36,692 nt of DNA from Chitinophagales bacterium (lineage in GTDB: Bacteria > Bacteroidota > Bacteroidia > Chitinophagales > BACL12): contig JBIOHA010000002.1 of the NCBI GenBank assembly GCA_044448625.1, positions 1 through 36,692 on the forward strand. The letters are read 5' to 3'. Each line of letters starts with the position of its first letter. The first letter of the stretch is position 1. The translations under genes were made by a program, and so were the position numbers. Of the stretch, positions 1-9,500 are shown one piece after another. The notes below the pieces were generated by a model. It ran no database searches, was not told the DNA's origin, and saw only the letters and a program-made list of their open reading frames with translations.

Positions 1-300
1 AAAAAAAAAATTGTTGATTTTCACATGTTTTGCACATTATACTATACAAATCATTATGCAATTTATCATTTTATACTGTTTGGTGTGAAAAAATCATGTT
101 CATTCAATGTGTATTACTCATGATCAATAATCCTTTTTCAATTTGACGTATCCATGCAAGCGTTCGAACATCCGTTTTGATTTTACTTAAGGGATGACTT
201 CGGAGGTTGATCAATGGCTTGGGATTTTAATTTACTGACTATTCATTCTTACAACTAACACCTGAAGTTGATCAACAATGTTGTGATCTGAGACCGATCC

Positions 301-810
301 TTAAGAATTGCTTTTTTGATTTTGCTCGCGGATATAAACGATAAAGTCGGTTGTTATCAATTCGGTTATTCCGAGATTTCTCAACATGGTTATTATTTGT
401 CCCCGGTGATAAGTGGAATGATTCATACAATGCAAAATGATATCACCGTTTTTTGTTTGATTATCTTTTCCATTCATTGCTTTATAAAAACAGGTCGTAT
501 CAAAATAGCTTTCCATTCTTGTTTCAACAAACTTTAAAAAGTCTTCCGACTGCTGAATAAAATAAAGATCGTAGCCTGCAAAGTTATCGCCGTATTCCTC
601 GCTGGGCCACGTGTTCAGCGAAATGCCCTGAAGGCGGTTAAGCCATATTACCTGAGCATCCCAAATATGATAAATTGTTTTTCTTATAGTTGGGTAACTG
701 CTTAATGTTGGCGCATCAATAAACTCGGGCGGTAGTATTTGCAGAAATGATGAGATGCGTTTATTGGCCCAAACATTATAATCACATAGCGATATTAAAA
801 GTTTTTTCAT
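301..810 (-). CDS. DinB-family (damage-inducible, four-helix-bundle metalloprotein) protein
   Basis: 169-aa ORF with ATG at 808-810. Typical DinB-family length and His-containing motifs are present (IYHIWDAQVIWLNRL, LHCMNHSTYHRGQIITML). Confidence 0.8.
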   Translation of the reverse strand: MKKLLISLCDYNVWANKRISSFLQILPPEFIDAPTLSSYPTIRKTIYHIWDAQVIWLNRLQGISLNTWPSEEYGDNFAGYDLYFIQQSEDFLKFVETRMESYFDTTCFYKAMNGKDNQTKNGDIILHCMNHSTYHRGQIITMLRNLGITELITTDFIVYIREQNQKSNS

Positions 811-948
811 AACCCGGATTTAAAAGATCATCTAAAATAACAAACTTCAATTTCATTGTTTATTTGAAGAAACATAATTTTTGAACTGAACATTATCCGG
901 GCACCCACAAAAACGCAAATTGGTCAGATTAATTTCCATTCGGTATTA

Positions 949-2286
949 TCACTTTTTAAGGGAGTTGAAAAATGAACAACCGATCAACCTGTCGTACCCG
1001 CGATCGTAAACATGCTGATAAACGAGCACCTGGTAATCATTTTCGGTTTCATAGAAATTCCCCTCTGCAAAATTGAACTCAGCTATTTCTGATCCGGCAC
1101 TTTTAAACCCATAGAGATAATTATAGTAACCCTGCTTTAGATATAAATTGACTGAATATTGCTGGAGATCAAAATCGTACTCCATCTTGTTTTCATTGTT
1201 CATAAGTTGATTGGTCAGGTTGCCAAAAACATAAAATTCGCCCGAAGTGATAAAATATGGATACTGCAAAACAAAGTGCATCCATGCATAATCACCTTCC
1301 GTATTTATATCATTTACGATATCTGCCTGAATCACAAACTGTCCGTTGATGTCTTTTTCATAAAAATATTTCTGGTATATCCTGCTTTCGTCTACATTGA
1401 TATATACCTGGTAGCCAGCGTCATCTTTTTCTATTTTCCTTATCCTGTCGCTTTGAAAATGCAGTGTTTTGGTGTCAAATCGCCTATATTCTTTTCCTGC
1501 CGGAAAAACATTGGCGTCGTTATCATAGTATAACATGTCGTTGGTGATCATCCGGGGTTTGAGGTCATATCTCGCATTATCGAACCTCCCATTTTGCATT
1601 GCCGTAACTCTAATTTCATCAAACGGATTTGAAATGCCTGTGTTTTTAATATTCACATTGAAACTCAATTCCTGGAATTCATTTCTGTATTCAATAATGT
1701 TCGGGCGAAACACAGTTGCACTTACAATAGCTAATTCCTCCCAAACGAAAAAACGCTTTACGATCACAGGTGTATCGCGATCATCCTCCTCCCATATTTT
1801 CAATATATAGTTGCCACTCATTTTAAAATCAACATCATCGTTGGGGAAGGAAACAGAATAATGTGTGTAATGCTGGGATGTTCCAAACGAAAATTGATAA
1901 TCGTCGAACCTGTTTTCTTCAAATCCGTCGAGGTAGTCAAAATAGGTGAGATTGGATGGTTCCCAGTTTTGATTGCAGTGCTGAAAGGTATAATAATAAT
2001 TCACCACCCCACCCCGGAGATCATCAAAACTAAAAAGGAGTTCATCCTCCGAATTTAAAAGTATAACCGGATATGCAAGCTCAAGGTCGCTCCTTCCGAG
2101 TTGAATGGTTTTCAGGTTCCTGGTGTTGACAGCTTCCTTAATAATGGCTGATTCAATAACCGGTTCCGGGTTTTCAGAAATGATGGTTGTATCGGCAACA
2201 GGTTGAGCAAGAAGCAACCTTGCGTTAATAGTTAGTAGAAAATAAAAAGCTCCTGTAAAAAATGAAAATGCCGGTCGTATCCTCAT
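949..2286 (-). CDS. DUF5103 / type IX secretion system plug-like protein
   Basis: The ORF track gives 499 aa from 2448, but the first 54 aa (LLTSYFSLLTSYFPLLTSHFSLL...) translate the heptamer array. The ATG at 2284-2286 gives MRIRPAFSFFTGAFYFLLTINARLLLAQ, which looks like a signal peptide. The body matches the DUF5103 pattern as I recall it (LLFSFDDL..., YYYTFQHCNQNWEPSNL, SGNYILKIW). Confidence 0.65.
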   Translation of the reverse strand: MRIRPAFSFFTGAFYFLLTINARLLLAQPVADTTIISENPEPVIESAIIKEAVNTRNLKTIQLGRSDLELAYPVILLNSEDELLFSFDDLRGGVVNYYYTFQHCNQNWEPSNLTYFDYLDGFEENRFDDYQFSFGTSQHYTHYSVSFPNDDVDFKMSGNYILKIWEEDDRDTPVIVKRFFVWEELAIVSATVFRPNIIEYRNEFQELSFNVNIKNTGISNPFDEIRVTAMQNGRFDNARYDLKPRMITNDMLYYDNDANVFPAGKEYRRFDTKTLHFQSDRIRKIEKDDAGYQVYINVDESRIYQKYFYEKDINGQFVIQADIVNDINTEGDYAWMHFVLQYPYFITSGEFYVFGNLTNQLMNNENKMEYDFDLQQYSVNLYLKQGYYNYLYGFKSAGSEIAEFNFAEGNFYETENDYQVLVYQHVYDRGYDRLIGCSFFNSLKK

Positions 2287-2325
2287 ATGTAATTTATATA
2301 CCCGCTGCAATTTACCAATTTGGAT

Positions 2326-2457
2326 GGAGGAGGGAGGAAGAAGTGAGAAGTGAGAAGTAAGAAGTGGGAAGTAAGAAGTAAGAAGTGAGAAGTAAGAAGT
2401 GAGAAGTAAGAAGTAAGTGAGATTAAATTCTAACCTCTTATTTCTCACTTCTTACTT
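2326..2457. repeat. Heptamer tandem array A (AAGTRAG x11) with terminal inverted arm
   Basis: GGAGGAGGGAGGAAG lies at 2326-2340. Eleven contiguous heptamers follow at 2341-2417 (aagtgag x2, aagtaag, aagtggg, aagtaag x2, aagtgag, aagtaag, aagtgag, aagtaag x2). After a 26-nt loop, cttatttctcacttcttactt (2437-2457) is the reverse complement of 2390-2410 at 20 of 21 positions. The right arm abuts the mazG stop codon (2457-2459). Confidence 0.9.
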
Positions 2458-3260
2458 TAGTTTTCCAGCTTAGCTTCATCCCATAACTTATCCATCTCCT
2501 CCAATGTCATTTCGGTTAGTTGCCGCTGTTGCTCTTTTGCTTTTTGTTCGATGTATTGAAATCTGCGGATGAATTTTTTGTTGGTGTGCTCAAGTGCATT
2601 TTCGGGATCAATATGCATAAAGCGGGAGAGGTTGATCAATGAGAAAAGCAGGTCGCCGAATTCATCTTCTAGTTTTTCTTTGTCCGGATTTGGCATTAAA
2701 GCAATTTCCTTAAACTCGTTCAGCTCCTCATCCACTTTATCCCAAACCTCCGAAATATGTTCCCATTCAAATTTAACCTGCGCCGCTTTTTCCTGTATAC
2801 GGAAAGCTTTAATTACAGCCGGCAAACTTTGAGGCACCCCTTCGAGGGTAGATCTTTTTCCTTCTCTTAATTTTAGTTGCTCCCAATTCTTTTTCACTTC
2901 TTCATCATCTTTAACGGTGATTGTCTCGCCTGATTCTGCCGAAGGATAAATATGCGGATGACGATGGATGAGTTTCTCACATTGTGCATTCAGCACATCA
3001 GCTATTGTAAATTTATTTTGCTCTTCTGCTATCGTCGAATAAAAGATCATGTGCAGCATAATATCGCCGAGTTCCTCTTTAATTCCTTTCCAGTCGTTTT
3101 CGGTAATTGCATCCGCAAGCTCATAGGTTTCTTCAATAGTGAGATTACGCAGGGTATGAATTGTTTGTTTTTTATCCCAGGGACATTGGGTACGCAAGTC
3201 GTTCATAATATTCAATAATCTCGAAAACGCATCTTTTTTCAGTTCTGTTGATTGGTCCAT
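2457..3260 (-). CDS. mazG: Nucleoside triphosphate pyrophosphohydrolase MazG
   Basis: 267 aa with two tandem MazG-type domains (LTIEETYELADAI / LGDIMLHMIFYS, and DEFGDLLFSLINLSRF). ATG at 3258-3260, TAA at 2457-2459. Confidence 0.9.
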   Translation of the reverse strand: MDQSTELKKDAFSRLLNIMNDLRTQCPWDKKQTIHTLRNLTIEETYELADAITENDWKGIKEELGDIMLHMIFYSTIAEEQNKFTIADVLNAQCEKLIHRHPHIYPSAESGETITVKDDEEVKKNWEQLKLREGKRSTLEGVPQSLPAVIKAFRIQEKAAQVKFEWEHISEVWDKVDEELNEFKEIALMPNPDKEKLEDEFGDLLFSLINLSRFMHIDPENALEHTNKKFIRRFQYIEQKAKEQQRQLTEMTLEEMDKLWDEAKLEN

Positions 3261-3277
3261 TGGATAATGATTTATTA

Positions 3278-3419
3278 TGATGAGTGATGAGTAATGAGTG
3301 ATGAGTGAGGAGTAATGAGTTTAATTCCCGGACTGCATTTACTTCAAACTTCTGACTTCAAACTTCATACTTCAAACTTCATACTTCTTACTTCCCACTT
3401 CTTACTTCCTCCCCCCCTC
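3278..3419. repeat. Bipartite heptamer array B: (TGAGTRA)x6, 20-nt spacer, (ACTTCNN)x10, oligo-C/T cap
   Basis: The first sub-array spans 3281-3320 (tgagtga, tgagtaa, tgagtga, tgagtga, ggagtaa, tgagt). The spacer ttaattcccggactgcattt lies at 3321-3340. The second sub-array spans 3341-3410 (acttcaa, acttctg, acttcaa, acttcat, acttcaa, acttcat, acttctt, acttccc, acttctt, acttcct) and runs into ccccccctc. The element lies between the mazG start (3260) and the TonB-receptor stop (3426). Confidence 0.9.
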
Positions 3420-3425
3420 TATTCA

Positions 3426-6353
3426 CTAAAACGATTTTGTGATCTTAAAGAAATAGGTACTTCCAATCACAGGTGCTCCAACAAAATATTGCTGCTCCTT
3501 GTTATATAAATTCGTAACGAGCAAAGTAAACTGGGTATCTTTTAAATAATCAGGTGTATAATTCAAGGTTAAGTCGAGGTCATCAATTTGTTCTACTCGA
3601 CCGACATAGGCACCCGAGTTGGCGGGATAAGATTGTTGCCATCTGAAATTTAATCCTACATTCAGATCCAATTTATCGATATCATAAATGGCTCTCACAG
3701 CAAATTTATTTTTCGGTGCATTTAATCCAACATATCCGAGTTGTGCTCCTTCCAGCGGAACAGAATCTTTATCCACCCATGAATATGACAACATCAGAGT
3801 TATATCATCATTTACATACCAGTTGGCTCCCAGGTCGGCACCCCAAACAGAAACGTCGCCGAGGTTTACATAGGTAACATATTTTGCACCATCGGGATAT
3901 TGAGTAGGCGAAACTGTTCCAATTGGCAATCCCGCTCCTGCAGCGAGCACAAGATTAATTAATTCATCAACACCGGTTCCGTTGCTATTACCGCCGTAAT
4001 CAGGATCATCATCGAGATAAGCTGTTATAAGAGATGATAGGTCGTTGTTATCTGGATTATTATAATTTGCAGTAATTATTGGTGTTACATAAGCAGCGAG
4101 TTCTTCTCCGTCGATAAAAACATTTGGTGTGATGTCGGTAAGCGGACTCACATAATCCTGTATCATATTATAATAAACATCCACAGTTGCGAAAACTTTA
4201 TCATTGAACAAAGAACCTTTCCATCCGGCTTCAACGGTATTTGAAGCGGAATTGATAATAGGGCCGTAATCAGTTATATTTTCAGGGTCGATGATATCAA
4301 ACGATTCAGTTGTTAAATTGAGGGCCGCCACCTGATTTCCTTCAACCACAATATCTGCCGGTAAAAGAATGGAAGTTACTGCGGTCCCAACACCCATAAT
4401 AGTTGCATTAAATGCTGCAGTCAGCAATCCGAGTGTTGCATCCCAAATCACATTATTTAATTCGAGGCTGTTGTTGAGATTAAAATAATGATCAGATTCA
4501 TAGCCGAGATATTCGGCAAATGGTGAAGTAAATTCCGGCAATCCAAGTTCATCGTACTGGTAAGTAAATCCTTCGCGGTTTCCGATTGCAGATAATGGCA
4601 TACTCGGAATATAATCAGAACCTAATATTACCTGGAATTCATCGGCATAGGAAGTAAGATCTCCCAGTTGTAAAATATCAAGATTTAAATTGTTTGAGCT
4701 CGGTGCACTGAATGCCCTGTTATAGGTTAACCGGAAAGTATTTTTCTGATTTGCTTTATAAACTACAGCACCCCTTGGTGCAAAAAACGGGACATCTACA
4801 AAATTATGGTAGTCATATCTGAGAGCGGCAATGAAACTGAACTTGCTGGTTACCTGATAATCGCCCTGGATATATGCACCAATTTCTGTTATATTATCAT
4901 CATCTTCATTTTCTCCATTGATCGTGTTTTGCGTATCAGGCCTAGTAAAAATTCCATCAACACCATATACCAGGTTTATTTTTTTGTTCATTATTTCATC
5001 TGCATGCTGCACCTGGCCAACATATTGTTTTGAATGATCAATGATAAGGTCTCCCGTCCTGAATAAATAGGTATCACCGGCATCACTTCCATTAATAAAT
5101 CCCTGTGCAAACCAATCTTTGTACACATAGCGAAGCTGTGCATAATAATATTTCCACGATACTGCCTGTCCGCCACCGATACCTGTTAATTCAATACCGT
5201 CGTTTTCAGTTAATCCTCCGGTAAATATTAATTCAGCACGGTTCTTAAATTTATAATCAAGCCTGAGATCAAGGCCTATTTTTTCAATATGATTATTTCT
5301 TTCGTTGGAAACAGTGTCACCAACATTTACTCTTCCCTCGGCGGTTTGATATCCTTTTTGAATATAATTTGGTTCAAACGGATCATCATATAACCAATCG
5401 GTGCCTGATAAATATGTGAAGGTGATCTTATAACCGAATTTATCTTTTATTTTTCCTGCATGGCGAAATCCTGCTGTATAAAACATTCTGTCGCCAATAG
5501 ATTCATAATCGAATAATGGCCTGTAAGAAGTATCTATCAAACCTGTTGTTGGATCTTTTGGATTTGCAATTAAAATAGTATCTGATATTTTACTTCTGAA
5601 TCCAAACCCTACACTCGCTGTAGTAACAAAATCCTTTTCCTGTGCTAATGGTGATTTTGTAATGAAATGACAGACTCCATTTCCGCAGTTTGGTCCATAT
5701 AAAGCAGATGCAGGTCCTCTTAAAACTTCTATCCTTTCGAGGTCTTCATTGTCTGTGGGAATAAATGTGGCAACGTTTGCTCTCAGCGACGGAACTGCAG
5801 CATAACGATTATCAACCATCATAAGCAGCGACCCTGAAAAAATATTATTGAATCCCCTTACCACGACATTGGTTTGAATTAATCCGGTATTAATAATATC
5901 AACTCCCGGCGTTCCTTTAATATTGGCAACCGGAGTTATTGCAACCGTGTTTTTGATCTGCGCAGCTGTTATGAGTGTAATGGATGCAGGTGCATCGAGA
6001 ATTTTCTCCTGCCGTCTCGAAGCGCTTACTACCAAAGCATCGAGTTCAAATTCTTCAGACCTCAGGCTGACGGATATAAAATTTGTTGTCCCGATTGCGA
6101 TCTCCTGCTCGCCAAATCCAACTGAACGAATGATCAACATTGTTGCTGTTGGTGGGATGCTGAGGGAAAATTTTCCCTCGGGATCTGTAGCAGTACCAAT
6201 TGTGGCATCATCTTTCAGCACAACTGATGCTCCGGGAATGGATTCACCGGTGGCGGCATCATTTACCTGGCCTGTGATGGTCCTGTTCTGAGCCGCAAGC
6301 GGGAACGATGCTAGCAGAAAAATGGTAATTAAAAGGGTAAAAAGATTTCTCAT
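3426..6353 (-). CDS. TonB-dependent outer-membrane receptor with N-terminal carboxypeptidase-regulatory-like domain
   Basis: 975 aa with signal peptide MRNLFTLLITIFLLASFPLAAQ. It has a CarboxypepD_reg-like segment (RTITGQVNDAATGESIPGASVVLKDD), a plug motif (RIEVLRGPASALYGPN), a long beta-barrel-like region and a terminal aromatic residue (...FKITKSF). No adjacent SusD-like gene is present. Confidence 0.9.
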   Translation of the reverse strand: MRNLFTLLITIFLLASFPLAAQNRTITGQVNDAATGESIPGASVVLKDDATIGTATDPEGKFSLSIPPTATMLIIRSVGFGEQEIAIGTTNFISVSLRSEEFELDALVVSASRRQEKILDAPASITLITAAQIKNTVAITPVANIKGTPGVDIINTGLIQTNVVVRGFNNIFSGSLLMMVDNRYAAVPSLRANVATFIPTDNEDLERIEVLRGPASALYGPNCGNGVCHFITKSPLAQEKDFVTTASVGFGFRSKISDTILIANPKDPTTGLIDTSYRPLFDYESIGDRMFYTAGFRHAGKIKDKFGYKITFTYLSGTDWLYDDPFEPNYIQKGYQTAEGRVNVGDTVSNERNNHIEKIGLDLRLDYKFKNRAELIFTGGLTENDGIELTGIGGGQAVSWKYYYAQLRYVYKDWFAQGFINGSDAGDTYLFRTGDLIIDHSKQYVGQVQHADEIMNKKINLVYGVDGIFTRPDTQNTINGENEDDDNITEIGAYIQGDYQVTSKFSFIAALRYDYHNFVDVPFFAPRGAVVYKANQKNTFRLTYNRAFSAPSSNNLNLDILQLGDLTSYADEFQVILGSDYIPSMPLSAIGNREGFTYQYDELGLPEFTSPFAEYLGYESDHYFNLNNSLELNNVIWDATLGLLTAAFNATIMGVGTAVTSILLPADIVVEGNQVAALNLTTESFDIIDPENITDYGPIINSASNTVEAGWKGSLFNDKVFATVDVYYNMIQDYVSPLTDITPNVFIDGEELAAYVTPIITANYNNPDNNDLSSLITAYLDDDPDYGGNSNGTGVDELINLVLAAGAGLPIGTVSPTQYPDGAKYVTYVNLGDVSVWGADLGANWYVNDDITLMLSYSWVDKDSVPLEGAQLGYVGLNAPKNKFAVRAIYDIDKLDLNVGLNFRWQQSYPANSGAYVGRVEQIDDLDLTLNYTPDYLKDTQFTLLVTNLYNKEQQYFVGAPVIGSTYFFKITKSF

Positions 6354-6535
6354 AGGCCTGGTTAGCGGGTTTAAATGAATAGGATGCTATTTTTACACTT
6401 TGAAATGAAATTCTTGTATTTGCCGGCTTGAATATCCAAAAATACAAATATGCGTCACATTCAAATTTCGGCAACTTAGTTTCAAAAATTCAACATGAAA
6501 ATTAAATCATTGAACGTAATAATCAAAACCTGTTC

Positions 6536-9500
6536 TTGTTAAAAAAATTTACACTCAATCTCATCCTGGGTATTGCATTGCTGTGCGCTGCATCAGTTGC
6601 GGTGTTGTTGTACAGGCATGCAGAAAAAATAAATGAACCAGAAGTAAGTGCCAGGAGAATTGAGGTGGAATTTCAGAACCTCGAAAAAAAGATCATTGCA
6701 ACTATTTCCGATTCGGTGATCATAAGTAATCTTATTACCGACTCTTATACTTTTAATGAATTCAGCAGCCTGGTTGATAAGCCATTTGGAATGATCATTT
6801 ACCAGGAAGACAGTGCTGTTATTTGGACGAATAATTTTATTACACCTGTTAAAGCTCAATTGGTATATAATGATGCACCCCTGTTTATTTCCGAATCAAA
6901 CGGCGAATATGTTATTTACCAGCATGATTTCCCCGGCAATGTTCATGTTATAGGTTTTTTACCGCTGCAGTTTGAATTCGGCATTAAAAACAAATATCTC
7001 AACCACGTTAAAACACCGGGCATTCAAATTCCGGAACATTTGAAATTAAAGGCCCGCAGCGAACCCGATGCTTATGCTGTGCATTCTTTGAACGGCAACG
7101 AAATTTTTTATATTGCTGAAGACGATAATATCCAAAATGTAGTTATCTATAGTAAGGGGATGTATTTTTTTATATGCTGTACATTTATTCTGCTGCTGAT
7201 CACTTGTTTTGGGATCGCTAAATCCGCCATAAATAAATTTAACCGGATCGCCTCAACAGGCTTCCTCCTCGTTTTGCTGGCAGGCGTTTACCTGCTTACT
7301 AATTATTTATTATACGATCACATATTGAGTTATTTGCCCTTGTTTGATCCGCAATATTATGGTTCACCGGGTATTGCTGATTCTACCGGCGACCTGCTGA
7401 TTAAAACAGCGCTGTTATTTTGTTTTGCACTTTTCTTTTCCAAATATTTCCGGATCAGGCTTCCTGATGGTAAAGGCGCAACCTTTAATTTATTGCTGCT
7501 CGTATCAATGGCAGTTATAATATGCTGCTGCTCTTTGCTAACTGGCAATATTTTCCGCAGTCTTATTATTGATTCTTCAATATCGTTCAATATCCATAAT
7601 TTCTTTTCCCTGAATTATTTTAGCTTCATCGGGTTTCTTTGTATTTCGATATTGTTGCTCAGTTATTTTTTTATTATTTCCAGATGTGTTGAGATCATTG
7701 TAAAAAACATACAGCGCAAATTCTTTTTTTCTTTGATTGTTATAGCGACTGGAATAGCGGTGCTCATTGTTCAGCGATTGCTCAACCATGCAATGCAAAT
7801 TGACATGATCATTTTTGTTGCGGGATTTGTGATCATAAGAGAATTTTTAATTGCCCGACGCATCAGCACCCGTTCTTTGGGTGGAATGATGATATGGTTA
7901 ATTTATTTTTCCGCATTCAGCGCATATATTTTTAACAGTTCACTTGACCATAAAGTGGAAGAAACCAAAAGGTTGTTTGCAATTAAGAAATCAATTGAGA
8001 AGGATCCGATAACGGAATATTTATTTAAAGAACACCAGGTAAATATCCAAAAACAACTTTCAGCACAGGGAGTATCGCTTGAAACAGAAGAAAAAATTCG
8101 CCCGGGTATCATCAACCAGATACGCCAGGATCTGCAATCAAATTATTTTAAAAAATATAACACCGATATTTTTATTTTCAGGAACGACAGCCTGCTGCTT
8201 TTTACCGGCGATGATAATATTAATTCAAGACTCATATTTATTGATGCAATAGAAAATAACGGCGAGTTTACTGCAGCTGAAAACCTGTATTTTATTAATG
8301 ACTATACCGGCAGTTATTATTACCTGGCTGAATTGCCTGTGAGCAGGGATTCTGTCGGTGATTTTACGGCTTATCTCAAAATGGTGCCTAAAAAATTCAG
8401 CGGCGAAAGTATTTATCCTGAATTGCTAATTGACGATGATCTGCGGACAGCAGAAAGCTTCATCAATTTTGATTATGCAATTTATTCAGATCATACCCTT
8501 TCGGAAAGGGAAGGTGAATATTCTTATCCTTTAATGGACATATTTTATATAAATAAAGATGAGGAAGTGCTTGATATTATCCAAAATGATTATGATCACT
8601 ATATATATAAGGTAAATGAAACGAAAAAAGTGGTGGTTTCCACACCAATGCAAAGCTGGTTTGAGCCGGTTTCAATATTCTCCTATTTATTTTTCTTTTA
8701 CCTGGTTTTCCTGGTAATAATTCTTTCACTGGACATTATTACGAGGATCGCACAGGGAAATATTGTTTTAACCGACTGGATAAATACCTCTCTGCAGAAT
8801 AAAATTCAAACCTCAGTGATCAGCCTGATTATTTTTGCTTTCATCATGATGGGTGTTGCTACTATTTATTATATCTCCAACCAATATAATTTCTCACATA
8901 AACAAAGGTTGCTCAATAAAATTGAAGCCGTTCAAACAAATATTGATTTTCTCATTGGAGAGACTAGAAAAAAGGGCAACAGGGTGGTTACCAATCAGCA
9001 ATTAAAAAAGATCGGCAACCGGGTAACCGAACTTTCTGAAATTCACGACATGGACATTAATATTTATAAGCCAAGTGGTGATCTCATGTCGTCGTCGCAG
9101 CCGGATATTTTTGAAAAAGGCCTCGTTTCAAAAAAGATGAATTCGCTTGCCTATTTCAAAATGAGCTGCGATAAAGAAACCTGGTATATCCAAACGGAAA
9201 ATATCGGCGACCTTTCATTTTTATCCGCTTATGTTCCTGTGTTGGATGATAGTGGTGAAACAATGTTTTATCTCAACCTGCCTTATTTTGCCACGGAACA
9301 AAACCTGCGCACAGAAATTTCCTCATTCATGGTAACCCTTGTAAATGTGTATGTGCTGTTATTGATCGTGGCAGGAATAATTGCATATATCGTTTCAAGA
9401 TCTATCACCAGCCCACTTGCAACCATAGCCGGAAAATTCAAGGGAATTAAACTGGGTAAAATGAATGAACCCATACGGTGGACGCATGAAGATGAGATTG

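Noticed and set aside
202-280. Two copies of the palindromic octamer TTGATCAA in similar context (ggaggttgatcaatgg at 202-217, tgaagttgatcaacaatg at 263-280) downstream of the DinB gene, plus tgatcaa at about 121-127.
   Set aside because: These are short AT-rich palindromes well within chance expectation, in a region with no adjacent regulator or promoter context. Only the last 300 nt of this intergenic or flanking region is visible.
845-869. Hairpin cttcaa-N13-ttgaag followed on the minus strand by a U-rich run, between the plug-like gene and the DinB gene. An outer 7-bp inverted repeat cccggat/atccggg lies at 813-819 and 895-901.
   Set aside because: The stem is only 6 bp and AT-rich with a 13-nt loop, so it is too weak to call a terminator without 3'-end data.
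2287-2448. N-terminal 54 aa of the 499-aa ORF (MRNKRLEFNLTYFLLLTSYFSLLTSYF...).
   Set aside because: This stretch is a direct translation of the AAGTRAG heptamer array. An internal ATG at 2286 gives a normal signal-peptide-like N-terminus, so the extension is treated as an ORF-calling artefact.
3315-3509. 64-aa plus-strand ORF (MSLIPGLHLLQTSDFKLHTSNFILLTSHFLL...).
   Set aside because: It is a translation of array B running into the antisense of the TonB-receptor 3' end. The sequence is a periodic low-complexity peptide with no independent support.
6354-6535. Looked for a riboswitch (for example a cobalamin B12-box) or other leader structure upstream of the TonB-dependent receptor.
   Set aside because: I could see no conserved riboswitch core motifs or convincing structure on the minus strand. 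The region looks like an ordinary AT-rich divergent promoter region.
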